A stretch of 64,000 nt of DNA from Callorhinchus milii (Eukaryota): the NCBI RefSeq assembly GCF_018977255.1, contig NW_024704768.1:1674001-1738000 (forward strand). The letters are read 5' to 3'. A program made the position numbers and the translations under genes. Below are positions 1-11,690 of this stretch, piece after piece. The notes below the pieces were generated by a model, which searched no databases, had not been told where the DNA came from, and saw only the letters and a list, made by a program, of their open reading frames with translations. Within the stretch, counting starts at the first letter, position 1. Every line of letters starts with the position of its first letter.

Positions 1-689
1 GCCTTACAAAAAGACTGGATGGGGTAAGATTCTTTTTATTGGCTTGCAACTGTAATATTCCACAATACAAAAGAAAAAATAATTGAATTAATACTGTATA
101 TGCAGTGAGTGTCTTGATTGGAACATACATCTGGAATAATCACCAACCAATACCAAAACATCTTTATTCATGTTTAGATTATTAATGCCAGTGATATATC
201 TGGTTTTGAGATGAGCAATGATAATATTAATGATATTGATATTTATTAATACTGAAACATAAAAGCAGGCAATTGACAACCAGTTTTAGTTGTTTTTTTG
301 AGGGGTGGGGTGGAAATTCTAGAAAGTTTGTCAACTTTGTTTACATTTTAAGTAGAATGAATGTCTTCTCATTGTAATATTTGTAGATGGGCTGCCGAGT
401 TGTCTACAAACCAGTTTTCGTTGCAAACAATTAATATATTGGAATAGATTGCACGTTTGTGTTGCCTTCTTACCTGACTCCTGTTCTCTAAGCAGCGATC
501 TATCTTACAGCTATCAATCAAATTATTGATTTTTTTCCCCTTGACTGCCTTTTGTGCATGTGTACCTCACTCCCATTTACTCATGGAGTTGTTATCAAGA
601 CTACAATGATTTCTCCCCCTGTAGAATTGCAGACATCTACTGTGCTATTAGTTTCGCTCCTTTGTCATATAATTCTGAATGCATATCCA

Positions 690-1650
690 TACACGTTCCA
701 CATAGTACTTGTGTTCTATACAGACACATGGATGCAGCAATGCACACATATGTTCATGCTGGTTTCATACAGCTTACATGCCATACATGCAAGTTTCACA
801 TTTGCAAAGATTGCATATGGGTGCACATATTAATCTCATCAGATGTGTAGAGATGTTCTGTGTACTTATAAACTAAATATTTTGATTCAATATACATATT
901 GTACACACAAGTAGGCTACACATGGACTATCTGCATATATTCTCTATTTACATGTACACATGATTGTATGCACGTTTTGCATACAGAGGTCGAAATTATA
1001 AGATATGTGTGCATTCTGTATACCTAAAACACTATTTATATATGAATGGCATGTACTTATTCACGTGACTTCTGTATATAAATAGGCGGGATATTATACT
1101 TTCATATTTGCAACCTATAACCATACAGACCACATACATCATGCACACAGGGTGTGTACATATGCTATTCACACACAGGCTGCATGCACATACAACATCT
1201 ATGAAGAATCCTACTTGAATCATGTAAAACAATATACACATTCAAACACATGCATTGTCATACTGGATGCATAGCGGCTACAAAAATACCAATCAGAAAC
1301 ATTATGCACGTTTGAACATGGCAGACTTGCACATGTTCTATAGACTATGCATATACTTGAACTGTATATAGACTAGCACCACTCTACAAATACAAGCCAT
1401 GTATGTGTACACACATGCATTTCGTATACACACAGACCAGATACATTAAAGCTCCAAAGAACTTACATAACACACAGCCCAAATGCATAATGCCATCATA
1501 TCATACCTCTGCTCTTTATAAAAATAGAGAAACACAGACTGATAGGTAATACATACCATACCGGGCAGCTATATACACACCAACTACCTATTCACATACA
1601 GACTATATAAGAGCACATATATCCAGAACATTTACACAAACACACACCCA
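690..1650. repeat. Degenerate (CA)/(TA)-rich low-complexity tract
   Basis: Pervasive CATACAC/ATGCACA alternating purine-pyrimidine sequence. Confidence 0.55.
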
Positions 1651-4600
1651 ACTGTAATCCCTAAGCACCCCATAAACCATTTGACTTTGATCTGGGATTT
1701 GTAATAAACACAAAATCGGGGGGGGGGGGGGGGGGGGTTGGGGTCGATCACTTCATAATTTTAATTGATTCAACTAGAAGTTATCATCAGTACGAATCCC
1801 ATTATTGTAAAAATCAGGTTACTGTAAATGTTTATTTTTGAGGTTAACAGTAACGTTGGGGGTTACTATTAACGACACGAGTAGTTGTGCTCTCGCCTGA
1901 AAACGACCATTTGCAGCAGTCAATGCCATATGCAAATTAACAACTTACAATTAACATGACTGTATCTGAAATTCGTTTGGGCATGTTTTACATGAACATG
2001 CAATTCTATATAATGGATGGAGAGTGCTTTTTACATTGAAATCTACACCGCCAGCAGCTAATGACAATTTCAGTGACTTGCACATAAACAGATAGAGAGA
2101 CATTAAGTGGGATCATGACAGAACTGTATAAGGCGATCATAACATTATATCCCTGATTTTATTTTAAGATTAGCAAATATCCTGGCAGTGCATTCTCTCT
2201 CTCTCTAACCTTCCCCCCGCCCCAACCGCCCACCACCTCTATGTTTTTGTATTTTCTGTTATTTTACGCTGTTGTTGTTGCTTTAAACCTTTCAGACAAG
2301 GAATCTCAAGCCAGGGAGATGTTAGGCTCTGCAGTGACCCCTCTCTAGCCCTGCTATCTGTGGAGAATACATGTAGATTAACAGCAGTGTACTTGGGTGC
2401 AGCAATTTACATTCTGCAGGCGCTGTCATTTGTAGCGGCCATTAGTCAATTCGCGAAGAAAGGCTGAGCATTTGGACACAGAAATCTCAAGAATGATATA
2501 GAGATTGGAGCCTGCAGCATCAATTCTGACTAGATAAGGAATCAACGGGTCACTGCAAGCTTGTGGTTGCAGTGAATTTTTATTCTTTTACACCTCTCTC
2601 TCTTTCTCCCTCTCTCTCTCTCTCTCTCTCTTTCACATACACACACACTCTCTCTGCGCATTTTTTGCCATGATTATTCACACATAAAAAGTTTTTCTGC
2701 CTTTTTTTAATTAAAAAGTAAATATTTGGGAAGAAAATCACTGCTGTTTCTTTCTGCCTGTTTGTAACCACAAGGCGATTTCAAAGGAATGAATAGTGAC
2801 CTCAGGCGACCGTCTTCAGTGATTGTATCTTTAAGGTACCTTCAGTGTCCATTAATTTCAAGACACCTGGCCCATAAGGGTTTTATGGCTGGGAGATAAC
2901 TGGTAGAATAAGGGAGGAAAGTTTGTGGGCTAATACTCTCCCTCCATCTCTCCTTGCTTTCACCTCCTCCCCAAAATACACACATACACACACAAACACT
3001 TTATCGCGTTTCCAGGGGTTTTACAACATGCACACTTGTGACAGTGAAATTTACAATCCTGGGAAACAAGGCAATGTCCCAGGCAGCGATGGTTCACATA
3101 GGGCCCTTTAATGTCTTTATTGCATTGCCAACTGCAACGCAGGAAAGGCTAACGATAATAAAGAGATCATATACTCCCCACTATTCCCTTCGCCACTAAA
3201 AACAGCACCACATGGCGCGAGGCACGCTAACAGTCTAAAAAAAACAATTGGTTTTTTAAAAAAAGCGGAAATAAAACAAGCAAACTACTTACAGCTAAAT
3301 GTTGCCATTTCCGCTTTCTCGGGCCTGCAAAAAATATACAAGGAGGATTAAGTTATTTTAAGTAATTTTTTTTGAAGCTCGGGCAATCGTACAGTCAATG
3401 GAACCTTGAACGGTAAAATCAGAGGTTTCAAGTAAGGAATGCGAATGTGTGTGAAATGTGAACAACGATAATTGTAGAATTTTAGCCTCAAATCTGCACA
3501 AAAATATTAGCGAAGACTGGAGGATAGACTGAGTGGAAATATTATATTTTTGCAATAGCTAATGTAATATGTTTCGTTCAGTTTTGATACAAACCATCCC
3601 CCCCCCCACTCTATACCCCCAACCCCCAACCCCCCCCACCCCCACCTACACACACACACACACACACACACAGGCACTCCCTCCCCCCCACCCCCACCAT
3701 ACACACACACGCACAGGCAAAAACACCAGAATAGACTGGCCATACAGTGCAAAAAACACTGAGGAGATAAGGATTAGTAGTAAAACCAAATATAATGGGA
3801 GTTTATTCCTTTGCAAATGCAATGCACTCAGAAAGCCGGGGCTAATTCCTTGCATTTTTTTTTGGGTGGGGGGGAAGAAGTATAGCTTTGAGTCATGACG
3901 GTGCAAAATATTTTAGCCCAAAAGACTGCCTTTTTCTAACACATTCCAACTGTAATGGCAAGCCTGGCAATCCAGGAGCCTCGACTCCACTCACTCACTC
4001 ACTCACTCACTCACTCACTCATTGTAAATCTTATTGCAAGATGAACGAAGTGAGATATCTGCGCTTGAATCGGTTTGGGGGACAAAAAATAAAACTCTCC
4101 GGAGAACGGGGAGGAATTTAACAGCAGCTTTGTTCTCGCAGGAACCAGGGGACCACGTCTCTTTCGCTGAAGGTGGAAGGAAATTCCTTCGTTCTGTCTG
4201 TCTCACGGTGAATTCTGCGGCTGACCCGAAGATTTTATTGGGAGCGATTCCCCCTTTCACGTGAGGACACGACCGAAGTGGTGTCGTGAGTTCGACACCC
4301 GGAGTCACGTCTAATACGGTTACACGCGCAGGAAAAATCTCGCCAGCTGTCAACCCTTATATTGCCCCCACACAAAAAAAAATCAACAGCTCTACACGAC
4401 ATCTCTCTCTCTCTCTCCTCGAAGCACTCACCCAACGAGACACTGACGTGGGACCACGATCCCAATCGTCGCTTTCTCTCCGCAATTAAGAATGATTCTT
4501 TTTTTGTGTTACGAAGAAAATCGACCTTTTGTTTTATTTCAGCAACACGTCTCGCGTTGTGTTTGAAAACAAGTGAAACCGATCATTTCAAATTAATATG

Positions 4601-5901
4601 TTTTCCCAGATAGCAAGTGCGGATTTGTTATTGGCCCTTTACCTCAAGTGTTGTTACTGTGAACCTCTATTCTGTCAAATGTATTGCAAATCCCCAATAT
4701 TATTTGAATTTTTACAGCCCTTCCTTCAACGAGGAAAAATAACAGTTTTCTACACTAAAACATCGGTGACCCATATTCGTTCATTTTCGTGTGCATTATA
4801 AATGTTATTGTATACATCCTTATTTATACAAAGTTTTCATCAGAAAAGATCTACCCCTTTTGCAATGCAAACGTTTTTTTTTNGAAGAGCATTGTAACTC
4901 ATTTGACACTTTATTTCATGGAAATTGTTTTTTTAAAACAGAAAAATAATTTGTAGAAAAAAGTCATGTGAACTGAGAGAACGTTTAAGATCGTTATCAC
5001 GTCCGAAAGGTTATTTTGAAATTCTCTTTAACGTAACATCTCAGCTGCAATAACATTGCGAGACGAGCTTTGATTCTTTTTGAGAAATCATAAACAGTAA
5101 AACCGTGGGGGGATAAGTGGATCTATATTACTTAGAAAAAAAAGAAGTAAAACAAACAATATGTCAAGATTATTTGATATTATTCCTGTTTTGTTAACAG
5201 CCGATGAAAGGTGAGGATTAAGTAATAGGTTTTACGTTTGTAGATGATTTGAGGGAATGTGTTTTTACATTACTCTACATTAAAGATGTCTTTGTTTTCC
5301 AAACACGTGAAGTGTGCGTTTTGCTTTGGTTTCCAAAATTCACATCTTTTCACAGTAATAAATTGGCAGGAAATGTATACCTCTCTCTCTCTTCATTTCT
5401 ACACTTGTGCCCCTGTTTCAGAAGCATTTGTTGAACCAAAGCATCTATCTCAGGCCTTGTTTTGATTGCAGAGTGTCAGCTGTGTGTTCTGTTCGCTAAC
5501 AGATCCATTAATAAACCAGTGTTCATTTCAAACCCTAGTGTTTGTGTTCCCTCGGCATTCATGCGTGTCTTTGTGTTTGGGAGTTATTATCTGCACCTGA
5601 AAGGGTATTTATAGTTTAATGTAAAAACATGATTTCAGTTGCATTCTATTTTAAAGGAATGTTTGATTTTTTTTAATACTAAAACAAATGTGACATTTTT
5701 ATTTAATCAAAACCAGTTTGTATACAGGTGAGATTCCATCCCCCACCCTCTCCGTTTTGCATAGGCGAGACCTATAACTGTCCAATACAGTAAAATGCTT
5801 AAGGTGATACGATTTATTTGAAACTAGTTCACTTTTTATATACGTAGAACATCTATTCCTTTTTTCTCCTCATCCTTCAATATTATTCGAGTCTTTCTTT
5901 A

Positions 5902-6035
5902 TGTTTTTGCCCACAAAATACACAGTCAATCCACTTTACAGTATATTCTGTGAAGTGCTTTGAGACGTCTCAATGATGTGATAAGGCGCTATATCAAATG
6001 CAAGGATTATTATTATTGTTGTTAATATTATTATA
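5902..6035 (+). mobile_element. 5'-truncated SINE tail
   Basis: GCCCACAAAATACACAGTCAATCCACTTTACAGTATATTCTGTGAAG...ATATCAAATGCAAGGATTATTATT. Confidence 0.85.
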
Positions 6036-6276
6036 TTAAATAGCTCAGGCTTTCTGATTTGTGTCTTTTTGTGAAAATTTACCCAGTTTAAACATTGACT
6101 GTAAAGAAAAAGAACCCTTGCATTTGATATATCACCTTACCAAAACATCTATTATTTTTTCAGGAAAACTTACTGTAAAGTGCAGGGACTGGTTATTTGT
6201 AGGTGAATGTAGCAGCCAGTTTGCACAAAGCAATATCCTACAAACTGAAGCAAATTACCAATTTTAATAATAATTG

Positions 6277-6385
6277 TAATAATAATCCTTGCATTCAATT
6301 CAGTGCCTTATCACGTCATAGAGACATCTCAAAGTGCTTCACAGAGTATACTGTAAAGTGGATTGATGTGCATTTTATGGGTGAA
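6277..6385 (-). mobile_element. 5'-truncated SINE tail
   Basis: Reverse complement of the same ~110-bp tail. Confidence 0.8.
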
Positions 6386-6565
6386 TCTGGGACTGTTTGC
6401 CAGGGAAATGGGAGAAACTCCCTTCTAGTTTTGAATAGTGCCATAGGATATTTAATGTCCACCTGAACAGGCAGATGGGACCTCAGTTTATCATCTTATC
6501 TGAAGGACTGCAACTCCCACAGTGAAGCACAACCCCAACACTGCACTGGAGTGCCAACTTAGTAG
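6386..6565 (-). mobile_element. Old Deu-domain SINE fragment
   Basis: GAATAGTGCCATAGGATATTTAATGTCCACCTGAACAGGCAGATGGGACCTCAGTTTATCATCTTATCTGAAGGAC, similar to 9370-9460. Confidence 0.7.
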
Positions 6566-6999
6566 CAGAATGCAATATTTTAAAAGGAAATTAATAGCAG
6601 GATTTTAAAGCATGGAATACATCAGCATACTGATGACCTGTTTACTGAGGGAAGCTAGGATTTTTGGGGGGCAGACATCAATAATATAACCAATTTAAGA
6701 CATCTGAACTCTGGAATCCAGCACACTCAAGCGAATAACAACATGAACAATTGAATAATTAATATAATGCAAAGGAAAATTAAGAACCAAATAAATCATA
6801 AATGACCCAACACTCTCTGGATGTTTGGAGATGCAAACTGTAAATCACATTCTTTTGATTGTGATATTAATTTGAGGTTCCCTATGCTTTGTGATTCAAG
6901 TAAATGTAAAAGGTCCTGTTACTGCTGTTCCACCACAAAATGTAGAGTGTTTCTCCCAGGTACCCAGTTTTATATTCCCTGCTCATCCGAATTTAAAAA

Positions 7000-7178
7000 T
7001 AATTATACTAATTTGATCACTTAATCTAAGACTGTTTGTGGGACACTGCTGTGTGCAATTAGCTGCTGTGTTTTGCCTACAAAATCTACATTCAGTTCAC
7101 TGTACAGTATATTCTGTGAAGCACTTTGAGACGTCTCAATGATGCAATACATCAAAACACGGATTATTATTGTTATTA
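7000..7178 (+). mobile_element. SINE 3' half
   Basis: CTGTTTGTGGGACACTGCTGTGTGCAATT...CAGTATATTCTGTGAAGCACTTTGAGACG, matching 9800-9960 in reverse complement. Confidence 0.8.
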
Positions 7179-7349
7179 AATTTACCTCCCAAATTCAAAT
7201 TATTGCGATGCTCATCTCACTGTTGTTTATGAGGTGTCACTGAAGCAAATTAGCTGCTACTCTTGCCTGTGTCAACACTTGCTTTCATTTCTGTTCAGTT
7301 ATACTTTGTGAAGTCCTAAATATTCCGTGAAACTTTTCCAAAAGAATTC

Positions 7350-7555
7350 ATCCTAGTCTCTCGGCCAATAATCCCGCAGATAAATTGATCATTCATTACA
7401 ATGGCTGTTTGTTTGTGGCACCTTGTTGTGTGCAAATTGGCTGCCACATTTGCTGCAAAATATACACTGCTTTAATTTACTAACAATTCCCCGTGAAGCA
7501 GACATTTCAATACTGTAGAAGTTATATCAAATGCAAGGATTTAAAAAAAATCATT
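7350..7555 (+). mobile_element. Degenerate SINE 3' portion
   Basis: TTTGTGGCACCTTGTTGTGTGCAAATTGGCTGCC...TATATCAAATGCAAGGATT. Confidence 0.6.
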
Positions 7556-7654
7556 ATATGCAGGTATAACACACAACAATACTGCCCAGTTTTTCTGTAA
7601 ATGTACTCTTTAGTACTATGTTCTGTTCCTGTTACCATTCACAATTTTAAAAAA

Positions 7655-7945
7655 TAATAACAATTTGATCACTCAATCCACAACTGTTTGTGGGGACACT
7701 ACTGTGCACAATTGGGTGCCGTGTTTTTCCCACAAAATATACAATCCATTCACTTTATAGTATATTCTGTGAAGCGCTATGAGAATTCTATCAGACTTGA
7801 TAAGGCGCTATATAATAATCTTTGCATTTGATATAGTGCTTTTCACATCTTCTCAACGTCTCAAAGCGCTTCACAGAATAGACTGTAAAGTGAATTGACC
7901 GTATGTTTGTGGGCGAAATCAAATGCAAGGATTATTATTATTATA
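7655..7945 (+). mobile_element. SINE 3' half with a nested inverted SINE tail (7813-7917, minus)
   Basis: The plus copy's tail ATAAGGCGCTATA|...|ATCAAATGCAAGGATTATT is split by a reverse-complement copy. Confidence 0.8.
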
Positions 7946-9189
7946 CCCCCCTCCCCCAGCCACCACCCATCCCCCCCACACACATAAATACACACAAAAA
8001 CACAGTTTCTGTCCTTACATCCAGACTTTAATCCTGCATAACATGGTGTGGGTAAATGAAGGTTCTAAAGGCCAACATTTTCACCTAGTCTTGGCCTATA
8101 AGTGTCACTTCCTCTTAAAATTATGAAGAATTTTTAAATCCAGTCTTACATTGGAATTTGTTTATTTCTGAGGACTGTTGAAATCCAGCTACTGATTTAA
8201 GACTGCATTGAAGAAATTTCCACAATTCCTTAAATTTAAGAAAAAATTATCTTGCAGATTAAGACCAGGGGGACTTTTGCGTCTCAGGTTGTATTATCTA
8301 CAGGCTGAAATTCCATTCAATGTTAGGCATAGCACCGTTGTCATGTCACCTGATGATGAGATTTGCCTCATTGTAATCATGCAATGACAAAGGTGCAATG
8401 CGTAACTCTAATTGGAATTTCAGACCATTTACATTCATTTAGCATAAGGATATACAATAAAATATAGTGTAGCTCAATGATATATCTTCCCAATGTGAAA
8501 GGTGCTATATTAAAGGTTTATTATTATTGTGAAGTGTTATGCAGGCTTATGAAGCTAGATTAATCTAAATGAATGAGAGCAGCAGCCAATTATTTAGAAA
8601 ATGTGGGTGCCTTTGTGTAAGGATGGAACACATAAGTCAGGATAAACTGTGAGGAGCACGCATTCATTGAGAGATACTCTTTAACAACTATTTGAATTAC
8701 ACAGCCAATGGGATATAAATTAATGACTCAATGGAAAAAGAGGATAATATTATTCAAATAAAAAACAATAACCTTGCATTTAATCAAGAAACTTGTTACA
8801 TTGGCAAACACAGCAGCTATCGATGTTCTCCTAAAGAACAATAAGGTTGGTACTCAAATCAATTCAATTTTTGGGAGACTGCATTTTATTAGGGAGGAAT
8901 ATTGTCCAAAATATAATGTTTTACATTGAAATTTTCAGTGAGCTGAATGAAAAGTTCAAAACTTAAGTGGAAAAATGAAGAAGATGAAGGTAAGATGAAA
9001 GGAAGGCATGAGGAGGAATGGAAGACAAAGAGGTGGGTAGCTTGCATCTGGAGCAACAACTCAATATGTGCTGATGGAGAGGGTTAAATACTTAATCTAA
9101 TTTAGGCCCCAACTCCTAGCCTCTAGCATCTATTCTTCAGTACAGCAGAATGGGAAGGGAATGCGATATAGAGGTGGAAAGTTAAAAGT

Positions 9190-9590
9190 TAAGCAACAAC
9201 GTCAAAATGTCTCAAAATATTTCACAGGTAATTATTATCAAATGTAGTGCTTGTATGTTTTGTCAAACAGTGCACCTATTTTCTGCACAGAAAGGACCCA
9301 CAACAAGTCGTGAATTGAATGACTGAATTATTCTTTGTCAAGATTTTGAGAGAATCTCCTTTCTTTTATCCAATAGTGATGTGGGATCTTGAACATCCAC
9401 CTGAACAGGTAGATTGGGCCTTGGTTTAATATCTCATCCAAAGGACAGCACCTACAACAATGCAGATGCAGTGCTCCCTATAGTATTGGACTGAAGTGTC
9501 AGTGTGGACCGTGAGTTAAAAGTTCCAACATAGGGATTGCACCCAGAAGGTTTGAAAGGTTGAAAGTGCTATTAACTGAGACAAGCTGAT
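9190..9590 (-). mobile_element. Old Deu-domain SINE (SacSINE1/AmnSINE1-like)
   Basis: Core GGGATCTTGAACATCCACCTGAACAGGTAGATTGGGCCTTGGTTTAATATCTCATCCAAAGGACAGCACC, homologous to 6430-6520. Degenerate tRNA head near 9590. Confidence 0.7.
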
Positions 9591-9691
9591 ATGTCGTAGA
9601 TTGAAAGAGCTGATGGGACTAAACCAGACAAATGTCCATTTCCTGATGATTTTGACCGAAGGGTACTAAAGGGTGTATGAGAAGAAGTTAG

Positions 9692-10175
9692 GAACATAGT
9701 AACATGGCAACAGGAGTAGGCCATTTAGCTCCTTGAACCAGTTCCACCATTCTATTAGACCATGGCTTATATGTACCTCAAATAATAATAATATAATAAT
9801 CCTTACATTTGATATAGTGCTTTTCACATCTGCTCGACATCTCAAAGCGCTTCACAGAATAGACTGTAAAGTGAATTGACTGTATATTTGTGGGCGAACG
9901 CGGCAGCCAATTGCGCACAGCAATGTCCCACAAACAGTTGTGGATTGAAAATGACAATTTATTATTGTTTTGTTTTGGAGGGATTATTATTAGGCTCTGT
10001 GTAGAGTAAGGAAACTTGCCCAAGGTTTCGCCCTCTGCCTGGAATTGAACTCAGGTCTCTCGCTTGCAAAGTGAGTGCTCTAACCACTGAGCTACAGGAC
10101 TCCACTCCAATTACCCAGCTTTTTTGCATATCCCTTGATACTCTGATCTAACAAATATTTATCCACCTCAATTGG
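9692..10175 (-). mobile_element. CR1-type LINE 3' end, interrupted by the SINE at 9781-10103
   Basis: 9692-9780 and 10104-10175 rejoin into the reverse complement of the CR1 tail seen intact at 60625-60745. Confidence 0.75.
9781..10103 (-). mobile_element. Full-length tRNA-derived SINE (~320 bp; resembles C. milii SINE2-1_CM)
   Basis: Head GGAGTCCTGTAGCTCAGTGGTTAGAGC (A box)...GAGTTCAATTCC (B box). 3' tail ...GTGAAGCGCTTTGAGA...TATATCAAATGTAAGGATT(ATT)n is shared with many copies in the window. Confidence 0.88.
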
Positions 10176-10214
10176 GGATTGCATGAGTTATAATTGCAGA
10201 CATGAGATGGAAGG

Positions 10215-10345
10215 GAATAAAGATATATGGGTGGGAGGCTTGGTAAGGGGGAATTAGGATGGATCGAGGCGCTTGTGGAGTATAATGACTAGCATGAATG
10301 TTCATGTTGAGCTGAATGTTCTGTTTCGGTGCTACAGATTCAGTG
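10215..10345 (+). mobile_element. Degenerate CR1 LINE 3' end
   Basis: AAAGATATATGGG...TTGAGCTGAATGTTCTGTTTCGGTGCT has the CR1 3'UTR pattern. Confidence 0.5.
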
Positions 10346-10888
10346 CGCTTCTATGCAATATCTTGCAAAGATCCCTGGATTCAATAGCTACATCAGAGAA
10401 TTCGAAGGTAGGAAAAGTTAATAAGAGGAAGAAGCAAGAATCTAGGTAACTACAAGGTTTACTGACAGTGCTGAGAAAATGATCAGAATTCAACAATACA
10501 GATGAAGAGTGACAAGGGATGAAGACCAATTGGACAAGTATAACCTAAGTATAGTTAGCATGGTTTTGCTAAGGAAAAAAATATCCCTATACAAGAGTTC
10601 GTAGAGCATGGGACAGATTGCCCCAAGAGGCCATACATCTAGTGATGACAGATTGATAGGAGTTTGGTAAGTAAGGCATATGATAGACAGTGAATTGGAC
10701 CTAAAGGTAGTTGCCATGACATTAATGGTGAGATTTCAAACACAGCAGAACACTTGAACTTGTAGTCTAGACTGACAATTCTTTGCATTACTGAAGGGAA
10801 TACATCTTGTCAGAGGTGCCATTATTCTGAGGTACCCTCCCCTCTGTTCTGTGTCCATTCCTGCCACTGCAAAACACTCTGAGACATT

Positions 10889-11003
10889 ATAATAATCATC
10901 ATCTTTGCATTTGATAAAGCACCTTATCACATTCTTGAGACATCTCAAAGCGCTTCACAGAATATACTGTAATATGAATTGACTGTATATTTTGTGAGCA
11001 AAT
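10889..11003 (-). mobile_element. 5'-truncated SINE tail
   Basis: TTTGCATTTGATAAAGCACCTTATCAC...AAAGCGCTTCACAGAATATACTGTAA...TTTTGTGAGCAAA. Confidence 0.8.
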
Positions 11004-11049
11004 TATTCTAATGAGGACACAATATAAATGCAAGTTGTTGTTGTTATTG

Positions 11050-11328
11050 TTGTCTCATCTGCTAGGTGTTCAGGTGGGTATTAAAGCTCCCTTGACACTA
11101 TTGCAATAAAGAACAATGCTCCAGATAAAATAATCATTCACCTTATGACTCTTTGTGGAACCTTGCTATGCACAAAAGCTCCCCAAGTTTGCTTTGAAAA
11201 ATAGTTACTCCACTCAATGTCACTTAAACCATTTTGAGACATTTTGAAATGCTGAGACTTCCTTTTCACTATGACATTTTCCTGGAATTATAAAGACACT
11301 ATATCAAATGCAAGGATTATTATTATTA
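11050..11328 (+). mobile_element. Degenerate Deu-domain SINE with SINE-type tail
   Basis: GTTCAGGTGGGTATTAAAGCTCCCTTGACACTATT is the reverse complement of the Deu core. Ends TATATCAAATGCAAGGATTATTATT. Confidence 0.55.
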
Positions 11329-11690
11329 CACACTGATATAACAAACGACAGAACTGTACCCTATTATTATAAACAGATATAACACTACACAGCATGTTTA
11401 GTAATTGTTATAATTGTTATATATAGCTAGAACATTATGGCATGCTCCCTATTAGTATACACAGCTATAACAGTACAGCACTATGCTATGTAATTATATA
11501 CAGATATAATACATTGTAGCATCGTGTCATGTTTTTATATTTATATTTTATATTTAGATCATACCACACTACATTACTACACCCTCTAATTATATAATCA
11601 GATATAAGATGCCGGTATAACATACTGCAGCACCATATCTTGCTATATACAGCTGTGACACCACAGCGCTGTGTCCAGTAATTATATATT
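11329..11690. repeat. Degenerate ~40-bp minisatellite
   Basis: Recurrent TATACAGATATAACACTACAGCAC...TAATTA-like units, roughly 8 copies. Confidence 0.6.

Noticed and set aside
552-1241. Short ORFs in low-complexity and microsatellite DNA here and throughout the window
   Set aside because: They are composition-driven (HT/CV/SL/ER repeats) with no recognisable domain.
2335-2400. Imperfect hairpin vaguely like mir-10 in the C5-C4 interval
   Set aside because: It lacks the TACCCTGTAGA mature/seed sequence and pairing is weak. No mir-10 was found in the window; it probably lies beyond the left edge.
2798-2813. Possible retinoic acid response element TGACCTcaggCGACCG (also 14237-14253)
   Set aside because: Wrong spacing or degenerate half-sites. 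No convincing DR5/DR2 element was seen by eye.
10040-10103. tRNA gene
   Set aside because: The A and B boxes continue directly into a SINE body and tail, so this is a SINE head.
11329-11690. CRISPR-like repeat-spacer array
   Set aside because: Units are degenerate tandem copies without unique spacers, in a vertebrate locus.
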